Source: Camelus ferus (Eukaryota). From it: a stretch of 64,000 nucleotides of DNA. Under the pieces are notes generated by a model that did no database searches, was not told the DNA's origin, and saw only the letters and a list, made by a program, of their open reading frames with translations. Positions 36,342 through 47,276 of the stretch are shown piece by piece. Numbering within the stretch: position 1 is the stretch's first letter; every line of letters begins with the position of its first letter. The stretch spans positions 4,714,001-4,778,000 of the forward strand of contig NC_045697.1 in NCBI RefSeq assembly GCF_009834535.1. The letters are read 5' to 3'. Made by a program: the position numbers and the translations under genes.

Positions 36342-38143
36342 GGAGTCGCTGCCTTCCAGCCCTCTCACCCCCACCCAGTCAAGCCCCAGCCCCAGCCCCA
36401 GCCCTGCCCTCCTGCCCCAATGAGCCCTCCATCACTGGAGTCTCCTCTAAGCCTCCACCCAGATTATTTTCACAACCCTCACTGGTCCCTCTGCTCCCCT
36501 CGGCCCTCTTCATTGAGGCGAGCTATCTGCACAAGCACAGAGCTTTGGGTTCCAGCTCAGTAACTTGGAAGGTCTATCTTTCCATCACAGTCAGAGTGCT
36601 TCTCAGGGTTTCCAGATGGTCCTGCCTCGCTTCTCTCCATTCTTTTCCCTTCAGCCCACTGCCCGCACTCCATTCTCTTTCTAAAATTGTATGTTTTTTA
36701 ATCATGAAAACCAAAAACCCATAAATAATAGTATATTAAACACCTCTGAATCCACCACTCAGTTTTCCATTTCTTTTTCAGATTAAAACAGTAAACATTA
36801 TAGATTAAGTTGGAATCCTTTGTTTTCCCTCTGCTATTCTTTTCCATTCCCTCCCAGCCTCCTCAGAGACAGCCATCTCCATGAATTCATCATCTCTGCT
36901 TCCAATTTGGATTTCTATACTTTCACCGTATTTTTTGTCCATAAATGTGGTTTCTGATGTTTGTGTTAATTCACATAAATGGCATCTCATTGCACGTTTC
37001 ATTATAGAGATGCTTTTTCAAGCCTCTCCCCTGGCCCCACCTCCAGGCACTTTCATACCTTAAACGGACTCCTCTTCACCCTGCAAAACCCCTGCAAAAT
37101 AACCCCTTCTCTGTGAAGTCCTGCCAGGGCTGCTCAGACTAACATGGGCATTTCTGACCCGGGCTTCCACAGCTCTTTGGTTTGCCCCACCAGGGCATCA
37201 AAACTACAATTTATCTGTCATCCTTTCCAGACCACAACTAACCCAGAGCAGAGGCTGCATCCTACTCAGATCTGCATCCATGTCTCATATCCTCCTGGAC
37301 CAAGCACCTGGTGGCAGTTTCTGAAAGCATCATGCAGCAACATGATACAGAAGGCCCACTCCCCCGTCTCCATCAAGGACCTCCCCACACATGTTCCAAA
37401 CTCAACTTGAGGTCTCCCCTTCTGGGAAGGCCTCCTGACCACATATATTTTTGTGGTCACTGGCTGTCTGATTGTCCTTTTCATGGACTAGATCATGAGG
37501 TTTCTTAAAAACAAAGTCTTATTACATTAGCATCTGTAGGGCCTAGAAAAGCACCTGGCAAATATCAGGTGATAACATTGTAATTGTTAATAATTACAAA
37601 TCCTTACTGTGCGCCAGGGAGTGTGATAAGCACTTTTCTTGTATAATCTCATTCATCCTTCTAATAGTTCAATGAAGATGTTCTATTATAATTACCATTG
37701 TTCTATAGATGAAGAAGCTAAGACCCAGAGAAGATCAGTAACTGGACACTTGTAGAGGGTGGGTCCTGGCTGTTAGACTATATTGGACTCATGCTCTTAA
37801 CCTGTATGCTCCAAGGACAACAGTTCTTTTTTGGGAAAAAAATTCTCAGCTTTTAGCTTGGCATACCTAGGTCAGAGCTGGTGTGCTCAATGGATGTAAG
37901 TTAAACTCAAATCAATGTTAATTAAACCCGATGGATGCCAGGCTTTAAAAAGCTCATGACCAAGCTGAAGTTTGCTCAGGGTAAAGTGATCATGATGGGG
38001 CACAAGGACACACCCACTTTTGATAGTGGCCAACCAGGTAATTTGAACCCATTCTTCCCACTGAGGATGAATTTTTTTTTTCTTAAAGCTAGACAAAATG
38101 TTTATTAAATCATCATTAAAGTCCCGAAGAGCTAACAAGGTAG

Positions 38144-38665
38144 TGTAATAGGGAAGAACAAATCTGACTCCATATTAGCTCTGTTCCTTTGGCTCTAACC
38201 CTGTGATCTGTTTCCTGGGCTCAGTCATGCTGGTTTGGCACCTTTTGTAGAAGAATCTTGCCTAGAGCTTGAAATATACAGGCAAGCCCATTCTCAAGGC
38301 TCTGACCTTTAACGGTATTAATACTTTCCTATTCATATAAAGATAAAAAGTTGCAGAATAGAAAATAACATTTGCCTTGTTAGAGGTTTATAGGGACACT
38401 ATGACCCGACCCACGTGGACAGCTGCAAGAACAAAGGATTCTGACACCAAGAAGTTTGCACCAACCAACCACAGCCTGTTCCTTTTTTAGAATAAAAGGA
38501 GCCTGAGCTCTGACTTGGGGAAGATGGTTCTCCAGGATGTTAGTCTCCCACCTTCTTAGTCTGCCAGTCTTTCTGAATAGTTTCGTTATTCCTCGCCCCA
38601 ACACCTCGCCTCCTAATTTACTGGCCTGTCGGGTGGCGAGCAGAATGAGTCTGGACTTGGTAACA
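38144..38665 (+). mobile_element. ERV1-type solo LTR (copy A)
   Basis: TGTAA...TAACA termini and 4-bp TSD GTAG on both sides; homologous over its length to 46769-47276. Confidence 0.85.
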
Positions 38666-39049
38666 GTAGTGCAAGTGCAGGGGCCAAGGTCTCAGAGAAG
38701 ACACAAAGACAGAAATGTGTCCAGCCCTTGGGCTGCATGAAGGGGTGGGGTTGGGGGTGGGGTCAATCCAGAGGACAGCTGCACGGCTGAGTGCACTTCT
38801 GACCGCCTCCAGCAGCTGAAGGGCCAGAAGGTGGAGCTCATGGCTCCCCGTGGGTTGGGGAGCCCACGGCTGGAGCCCAAAAAGCTGCAGCAGAGAAACA
38901 TGAGTGAAATGGAAGAAAACTAGTTCAGACTGGTTTAAATGGACTGCAACTTGGAGTCTGTTCATGTGGAGATCCATGATATTTCAAGTCCTGACCTTGA
39001 ACTAAGGTGACTCTGGATCATGAGAGACCCAGTCACCTAGCAGAAGCAA

Positions 39050-40790
39050 AGGAAAATTCTCTTTGGAGGAAGAGAACATAATTCTACGTTTGAAAATGAT
39101 TTTACAAAGGAATATACAAATGTGAGATAAGGCATACAATAAAAAATAGACAGGTACATGAGGAGACAAGAACACAAACAACAGGCATGAAAAACGCGCC
39201 CACAGGTGGTCCAGAGAGTGCAGTTACAAGACATGGACTTTGAAGTATTGATGCTTACTGTGCTCAAGAAGTTAATAGCCACTCTTAACCCTTAACGCAA
39301 AAAGCTGGGAATTATAAAAAAAGCAACACTACTTAGTTAAAAAAAAAATTAGAAATTCTGGAATTGAAGGACATTGTCCGATAATAAGAACCTAACGTAT
39401 AGATTTCATTGCAGTTTAGATGCAGCTGAAGAGAGAATTATTGCTGGGAGATAGATCAGGAGCAAATCCAGGACAAAGTCAGGAGACACTGAAGGATGGG
39501 AAATATGGAGGAGATAAAGCTAAGATACAGTGAGCAAGTTCGACAAGTTCAACTGGATTCCCAGGAGGAAAGAAGGCAGAGTCCAGGCAGAGTAATATTG
39601 GAAGTGATAATACAGAAGTGTATCAAAACTGATGAAAGAAATACAGAGATGAGGAAAGTGAGGCTGCACCCGGACGTGGAGAAGAGAGGTAAGTCAGCTC
39701 ACACTCGGGGCCCTGGCGGTCAGGCTCCGGGTCTCATGATGTAACCAGGATGCTCTCTGGTAATTTTTTTTTTTAAACAAAGAACAAATGAATGAGAGTA
39801 TCACCAGGACCTAATAAACACAAGCTCATTCTGTGTTACATTAATAGCAGATAAAAGTCTCTAATGAAGAAAGCACTTTTAGGGATTAAGGGAATCAGTT
39901 CACGGTACCAAAAGGTTTAATTCACCAGAAAGATGCAAAGGTTCTCAACTGTAGGCACCTCATGGCATTACCCAACTGATGCAATCTGTCATGCCAACAG
40001 AACAAAGCAGAAAAATATCTGATGATTTTGTGAATAAATGAGAAAAAAGTCTTTTACAAAATTTAATTGCCATGCATAAGACACACACCTGGCCAAACAG
40101 GAATGGAAGGAAACTTCCTTAATCTGAAAAAACAAACAAACAAACAAACAAACAAACAAACAAACAAACAAAAAACCCAAAAAACTATAGCAAGCATTAT
40201 ACCTAAGGGCGGAAACTACGAAACAATAGTAAGAAAAATTAGTAAGACCTAAGTAAATGTAGAGATATACCATGTTTCTGGATTGGAAGATTTGATATTG
40301 TAAAGGTGTCCATCCTTATAAATTCAAAATACTAACCAAATTGGTGTTCATAGCAACAGTGATGGAGGATGCGGACTGAAGGTACACACACCCTTTAACC
40401 CAGCAATTCTGCCCCTTGCTACACGCCCGAGAGGGACACGCACGCGTGTGTCTCAAACACCATCTGCAAGAAAGCTCCTATCAGCAGAAAGGGTAAATGG
40501 TGGCATGCTATGCAGGGAGATCCTACAGACCAATGAGCAAGAATGAACTACTGCTACACACAACACAGTACAACAGTATGTATAAAATTGAGAGACAGAC
40601 ACCTGACCTACAAGAGCGCATGCTATATGATTCCATTCATATAAAAGCAGGGACTTGAGTTCCACATAAGCCAGGATATGGCTCCTGTGAGCAGTGAGGG
40701 GAGGGGGGTTGGGAGGAGGTGTGAGGGGGCTCCCGAGGTTCTGCCATGATCTCTTTCTCAATCTGGATGGTGGTTACACAGGTGTATTTT
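39050..40790 (+). mobile_element. Degenerate L1 fragments (ORF1, ORF2 and 3' end)
   Basis: GAAATTCTGGAATTGAAG; CATGTTTCTGGATTGGAAGATTTGATATTGTAAAG; TATGATTCCATTCATATAAA; (CAAA)n at ~40128-40170. Confidence 0.65.
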
Positions 40791-40989
40791 TGCCTCTAGG
40801 GACATTTGGAGGTGACGGTCCCGAGCATCTCAGAAACGGAAGAGGCCTCAGATACGACCTGGTTTCTGCCTGGGTCACTCAGACAAAGTGTGCCAGGGTC
40901 TCAGGGTCCCCAGCCCAGAAGGATGTGAGGTTCTCACGCATGCCCAGAGCCTGGGGTTTCTCAGCCGATCCCACCTGGAGGCCACGTAC

Positions 40990-41088
40990 CTGGCAGAGCG
41001 CGGCCGCGGCCTCCGTGGCTCTGACGTTCTCGTCCTCCTCCAGGCCACTCTGCTCCAGCCTCTGCCTCTCCAGGACCTCGTGAAAAGC
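40990..41088 (-). CDS. EVC: EVC coding exon (exon 11)
   Basis: 99 nt. [33 protein letters not shown]; donor gtacg. Confidence 0.96.
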
Positions 41089-41882
41089 CTGGGAGCAAAA
41101 CAGGATGCTGAATCTGGTAGAAAAATGCTGACTTATTCTTTCCCCAGAAACACCTCCTCCACTGACTCTGCCTCTCAGACTGGAGGGACATTCACCCTTG
41201 ATTTGTACACAAGGAAAATGGGGTGCGGGGGGTGCCACATGACCTCCACTTGCAAATTGTAGCCAAGGCCAGGACCAGTGAACCTGACCTCCAGGAAAGC
41301 CAGACTATTCTGTTGTCCACCCGTCATGAAGAGGTGCCACTGGCCCCCTGTCACCCTTCTCTCTTGGCCACAAGCCACCCAGACCTCATTCTCTGACTTC
41401 AGCTGCGGGGGACCAGGCCGTGGGAGGCCCGCCCAGTGGAGCCCGAGCCTGGCAGGGGCCACTAAGGGTCAGTGTGGTCAGTGGCCACCAGGCCTCTGTG
41501 ATCACATGGCGAGGCCCTACCCTGAGGAGCCCAGCAGAGTGACAGGGAGGTGTGCACCTGATGCCTCAGACACAGTCAGAGAGGCCGAGAGCACAACCCC
41601 CCGGGGCGGACTTCCCTTAGGGGCAGCGTCCCCGTTGCTGGGGAAGCATGTAAGCCAAGTCCTGAAGGACAAGGAGGGGTCCCTGGAGGGCAGATGGGCC
41701 AACACACTCTCCTTCCAGGCTCAACAGGCAACAGCAGCGGGACCAGGCAGTTAGAACCCTCTGGCCTCGGTGGGGGCCGGGCGGGAGGTAAGCGAGGGGG
41801 TGGGGTGCAGGGACCAGAGAGGGAGGGGCTGGTGCAGGGCCAAAGTCCGTGTTTATTTACTCATTCTCTTTTTTCTTTCTTT

Positions 41883-41982
41883 AACACGGAACCTTCATGA
41901 ATTTGCATGTCCTTCCCGCGCAGGGGCCACGCTAACCTCTGCATCGTTCCTGTTTTAGTACACCTGCGGCTGAGGCGAGCAC
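41883..41982 (-). pseudogene. U6 snRNA retro-pseudogene, near full length
   Basis: Reverse complement starts GTGCTCGCCTCAGCCGCAGG and aligns end to end with U6 (about 19 substitutions and 2 small deletions by hand). Poly(A) remnant at ~41864-41882; no Pol III promoter seen. Confidence 0.92.
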
Positions 41983-43535
41983 CACCCACTCGTTCTTTGT
42001 TCATTCGGCCGTTTATTTGTTGTTCGTTCGTTCTTCATTTAATCATTCAATTATTCGTCCTTTTGTGTCCACCATCCATCCATCCGTTCATTCACTCTTT
42101 TGGCTCTCACGCAGTCATCTGCTGCTCATTCATTCATTCATTCATTCACGCATGCTTTGCTCAACCCTTCCTTCCTTGGTCCCATGTCTCCTGAGCACCA
42201 GTGTGTGCCGGGCTGTGCTGAGATCCTGGGTCACAGAGCTGATGCTGTCACGTCCTCCACACTCAGGATTTGCGCTGAGCAATGTGACATCAGGGAGAAG
42301 GGCCTGGAAATCTCACGGAGAGCTGTATAATCATATCTTTCCACTCTCATTTCAAATGTATCTTCCCAAGACAGAAACAGCCCCCACCCCACTTTATGAC
42401 AAACCCCAGAACCCCCAGGCGAGGCCCGTGCAGGGAGGCTCTGCGGGTGGGGTGGGGGAAGGGCACTGGACCAGGGACCCAGGGATGTAAATGCCTCTCC
42501 TCTTCTTGGGGGACCCTCTGCTGGCTCGTCACTGGGGTGTTGCTGCCGTCACCACCACGCTTGCCCCCAGGGAGCACCTGTGCCTGTGCTCTGGGCTGAG
42601 CCTGGACCCAGATTCTGTCCTGCCATCCCCTCGGCAGAGCTGAGACAACGTGTTCCAAATGCTAACTCAGAGCAGAGGGGCCCAGAGAAACAGTCGGGTT
42701 GTGGCTGCCCCTTACTGGCTTTGGCCGAGTCCTAAGAACCCTGTATCACCCAGATGAGAAAGCCAGAGGGTTAGCCACGTGCCCAAGGTCACTCACAGCG
42801 GCAGACTCACGTCCAAACCCAGGTCCCGCCGCCCCAGCACCCAAATGCGTCACTCCCATGGGGGATGCCCAGGACAAACAGCCCCTCCCCCAGCCTCCCC
42901 GCCACCCCGCAGGACAGGCAGGGGCAGAGGTCTGTCCTCTCGCCCTGACAACTGCAAGTCCTGGGCCTTCCAGCCTGTGCTGGCGCCAGCGCATTCTTTC
43001 CCCTCAAGCAGGGTGACTTCTTGCTTCCTGTCCTCCTGCAGGTCTCCTTGACCCCTGCCCAGTCCAGACCAGGACGGCTGTCCAGCTGGTCCTCTCTGGT
43101 CCTGCCCACTCAGCTCCACAAGCCGGCTCCTCCCCTGACTCGGCACCTGTCCCAGCAAGGGGCCCCATCCCCTTGTGAGAGCCTGCCTCACACCTGGGAC
43201 TTGCCAGTCCCTTCGGGTCCACATTCCCCACTGGCTCCCATGGTAGGTAGGGACCCCGTGGCGTGCCTCTCTGGCCCCTCCCACTCATCTCTCCAGCAGC
43301 CCGGTGAGGACGTGCTGCTTTTATCAGAAGCAAGATGGGACGCAGAGCTCAAGGCACTTGTCTAAGGTCACTGGGCTGACAGGTGGGAGGTGAGGAGAGA
43401 CCTCCTGTCTGCTGGATGCTGAAGCCTCTGGCTTCTCAAGCGCAGTAAGGGGGACCAGACCACCCCGCTCCGCCCGCACGGCTCTCCCAGGACGGCCGCG
43501 CCTGAGGACGTGGGGGCGATCGGGAGCAGGGTCAC

Positions 43536-43684
43536 CTGCAGGAACTCCTCAGGGTCGGCGGTCCGCGGCAACTCGGCCAGGAAGCACCTCCGTTCCTCCT
43601 CTTGAGCCAGCGTGAGCTTTTCCGTCCTCTCCGCCTGGCGAACCTGGGAGGCCTTGACCAGGTCTTTGCCTCGCTGGACAAAGT
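43536..43684 (-). CDS. EVC: EVC coding exon (exon 10)
   Basis: 149 nt. (D)[49 protein letters not shown]; donor gtgac. Confidence 0.96.
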
Positions 43685-45084
43685 CTGAAACCGACATAGA
43701 ACAGGGACATCGCCAGTTGCTCTCCTGGCAAAGCGTCCACTGGCTGCGTGAGGAGCGTCAGACACTCAGGGGCAAGTCCCATTTTTATTTTCCTCTGATC
43801 ACTCAGGCACAATGGCTTCCCAAAGTCTGGTATTAGGAGCCCCTGGCCCCTCAAAGCCCATGGGTCCCCGTCATTTGAAGGAAACCCCACTTTCCCTTGG
43901 GCCGAGGGCCCAGAGGTTTTGTGGAGCTGCGGTACAGGGCCGGGCCAACCTGCCCAGGAGATAAACAAACGGGTGTTTTCCTGGGGAAAAGAGTGTAGGG
44001 GACAAGTAAGTGGCATGGGAGGGACAGAGGACAGAGAGCCCGGGTCTGCAGGAAGATGGTGGCATTTCAGACTGGAGTTGAGACTTGAAAACTTCGAGGG
44101 TGAATTGTTAGATCAGCAGAAGAGGAGGAGGGTGAACCCAAGGGCAAGGCCCCCTGGTGTGGGGGAGGGTAAACTCGACTGGATCTAAAACAGCCCCTTA
44201 GCACACCCAGGTCACAGCACTGGGGGCTGGGGTCTACCCGTGAGCAAGATCAGCCCAGATCTCAAGATGTTCCTGGTCCAGGGAAGAGGAGAAACGTGGA
44301 AGGAGAATGAATTATGTGCTGGATGAGGGTTGGGGCAGGGGGAGGTGCAGGATGAGGAGCCGGCAGCATGGGACCCCAGAGACGGCTCCTGGGAGTAGAG
44401 CTGATGAAGAAGTCGGCCCGATTCTGCTCCCTTGGGTTTTGAGGAAGATGCTGTGTGAAGAGGCTGGAGAAGCAAGTGAAGGCCAGGTCACAAGGGGCTT
44501 CTGCCCTTGGCGACGTTGGTTTCAGCATCTCCCCACCCCCCTCTTACACCCACACACGTCAGAGTGCCTTCTGCACAGTGTCATAATGCAATCACACTTC
44601 CTTGGGTTTGATCTGAGGATCTGTTTAGCCTCCAGCACCAATGGAAAGAGTGTGTTCAGGTGCCCAGGAGAGACCAGAGTCTTCCCTCTGCCCCTGACTG
44701 TCTCCTTGCCTCCCCCGTCTTGTCCAAGATTAACAGACTCTGACCAATGGGCACCGTTTCAGCATCCCATCCCAGCCACTCTCTGCTCCTGGGGACTCTT
44801 TCCACTAGTCAAGTCCCGGCCACCGTGTGTGATGACCCTCGAGCCCAGATGCAGTCAGATTCTACATGGTCCAGAATTTCAGTCAACAGCAGACTTCCAT
44901 ATGGTCACAGAAGCCATAGCGACAAGTGACACAGACATCTGTGGAAGGGCCTGGCTGGAGTCCTGAGGTCCCAGGATTAAACGACTGTCCCCTGGCCCCA
45001 TCTCCAAAGGGCAGCAGACAGGCATGGCAGAGGGGACGTGAGCAAGCATAGAGGACCAGGTCTTTGGCTGCAATGGAAACCTGG

Positions 45085-45426
45085 TGCCAGGGACCGGACT
45101 GTGTCCCTCCGAATTGATGTGCTGAAGTCTGAAACCTTGTGTGACTGTCTTTGGACATGGGGCCTAGAAGGTTAAGTGAGGTCAGAAGGATGCAGCCCTC
45201 ATCCCACAGGGCTGGTGCTTTATCAGAAGAGGAACAATGCAAGAAAGCTTGCTTTCTGCCAAGGAAAGAGCCTGCGAGAAGGCGGCCCTCTGACAGCCCT
45301 CATCAGGAACCAAACCGGCTGCACACTGATCTTAAACCTCCAGCCTCCAGATCTGTGAGAAAGAAATGTCTGTTGTATGAGCCCCCCCATCCGTGGTACC
45401 TTGTTAGGCAGCCCCAGCAGACGAAG
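45085..45426 (+). mobile_element. MaLR LTR (MLT1A-like)
   Basis: GGACTGTGTCCCTCC...CCAGCCTCCAGATCTGTGAGAAAGAAATGTCTGTTG. Confidence 0.65.
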
Positions 45427-46085
45427 GAGGCCCAGACTCTACTTCCACTCAGCCCTGGCCACACGTGCAGCCTTGGGTCAACACTGATGGGCTCTCCTGC
45501 CAAGGGTGTGAGGAAGCTGGTGCAGAGGCGGTACCCACCCTGCAGGTGACAGACCTGGGTTTCTCAAGGGTCCCACCAATGGTGTGACCTGGACCAAGTC
45601 TCAGATGCCCTTGACGTCTTGAGCCCTGACCCTCCCATCTCCCAGGGTCAGCCCCGGGGGGCAGTACCCTACGTGGGAAACAGCCACGCCGGGTTCTGTC
45701 CCGTCCCGCGGGCCCGACCACTGCCCACCGTCGTCGCCCATCCGCAGCTGAGCAGGACCTCATGACTTCGTGCCCGGCTTCTGGGTGTTTCCACCCCTTT
45801 GCCCTCTGCACGTTCCAGGTGGTTCTCGGTCAGCCCGAATCACCGGTGACTGCGTGGAGCAGGCAGCCCCAGCTCCGAGGCGGCAGCCCTGCTTACCTCT
45901 GCTTTATGGGAAGGCAAGCGAGGCTCAGAGGAGTTAAGTGACGGGTCCCCCGAGGCAGACCTGGTGCGGGTCCTATAGGGGCCGCTCCACGTCTCCTGAC
46001 ACCTGCAAGTGCGGCCACGCGCCCCGGCCCCGATGCCCAGCAGCACGGGGGCCCAGAAGGATGGCGCCCTGGCCCGCTCGCTCAC

Positions 46086-46302
46086 CTCGGCGGAAGCGCT
46101 CAGCCTCCTCCCAGAAGGCCTTGTGCTGCTGGGTCAGCAGCTCCTCCTTCTGTCGCCCCGAGAGCTTGCCCTCGACGGCCAGCAGCTCCAGGCCGCAGGA
46201 GATGGCGGCCAGCCGGCACTTGGTCTCCTCCTGGATTTGCAGCTTCAGGAACTCAATGGTTTTGGCCATGTGCGCCCGCCCCATTGTTCTCTCCAGGGTG
46301 TC
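46086..46302 (-). CDS. EVC: EVC coding exon (exon 9)
   Basis: 217 nt. [72 protein letters not shown]; donor gtgag. Confidence 0.96.
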
Positions 46303-46768
46303 CTAAGAAAAGAAACCCACAGGACAATTGGCTGGGACACCGTGGGTCAGCACTTGGCCGTGAGGTCTGTAAACAGCAGTGGACTCCGTCCCAGGGCCCC
46401 CACCTCCCAGTGAGCAGAGCTCAGATGAAGCTGCTCTCCTGAGCCTCCTGTGTCTGCTCCTCGGATGGGGACAAAATCGCCCCTCAGGGATGGGGCGAGG
46501 CTGACACTGGATAACACACGGAAAACGCTTGCTACATAGTGAGTGTCTACAGAGGGCTCTCTCTTCCGGGAAGGAATCTGATAAATGCACACGATCAGAG
46601 AGGAAGGTCCACCTTTTCCATAGTCATCCCTCCCCACTCACTGGGGCCTCTGGCCTCCACAGCCCTGGAAAAGCAACACCAGGAGAAATAAAGGTCACAG
46701 GACTTTCTGGCTTTTGAGCCTCAGAGAACCTGTGTCCTGGGGATGTAAGATATTTTCCAGGTCGGATT

Positions 46769-47276
46769 TGTAACAGGGGACAACAAACCTGACTCCGCAT
46801 TAGCTCTGCTCCTTTAGCTCTAACCCTGCGCTCTGTTGCCTGCGCTCAGTCACGCTGGTTCCGCGCCTTTTGTAAAAGAGTGTTCCTGTAGCCTGAAATG
46901 CACAGGAGAGCCCCTTCTCAAGGCTCTGACTGTTAAGGGTAGAACCCTTTTCCATTCATACAGAGATAAAAAGTTGCAGAACAAAGAACATTTGTCTTGT
47001 TGGAGGTTTACATCGCGACCCGACCCAGGTGGACAGCTGCAGGAACAAAGGATTCGGACACCAAGACGTTTACAACAACCAACCACACCCCTCCCCATTT
47101 TAGGGTAAAAGGAGCCTGAGTTCTGACTTGGGGAAGATAGTTCTCCAGGACATTAGTCTCCCATCTTCCTGGTCTGCTGGCTTTCCAAATAAAGTCATTT
47201 TTCTTTGTCCCAACACCTCATGTCCCGATTTACTGGCCTGTTGTGCGGCAAGCAGCACGAGCTGGACTCTGTAACA
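46769..47276 (+). mobile_element. ERV1-type solo LTR (copy B)
   Basis: TGTAA...TAACA termini, TSD GATT/GACT, internal AATAAA at ~47188; same family as copy A. Confidence 0.85.

Noticed and set aside
35951..36724. Antisense ORFs over EVC exons (also around 21142-21569 and 45938-46413)
   Set aside because: Shadows of GC-rich coiled-coil coding exons and a CA repeat.
41883..41982. Functional U6 snRNA gene
   Set aside because: ACAGAGA box disrupted, many substitutions, poly(A) remnant, no PSE/TATA seen.
38144..47276. Full-length provirus (LTR, ~8 kb, LTR)
   Set aside because: The interior holds host EVC exons 9-11 and no gag/pol/env, and each LTR has its own TSD.
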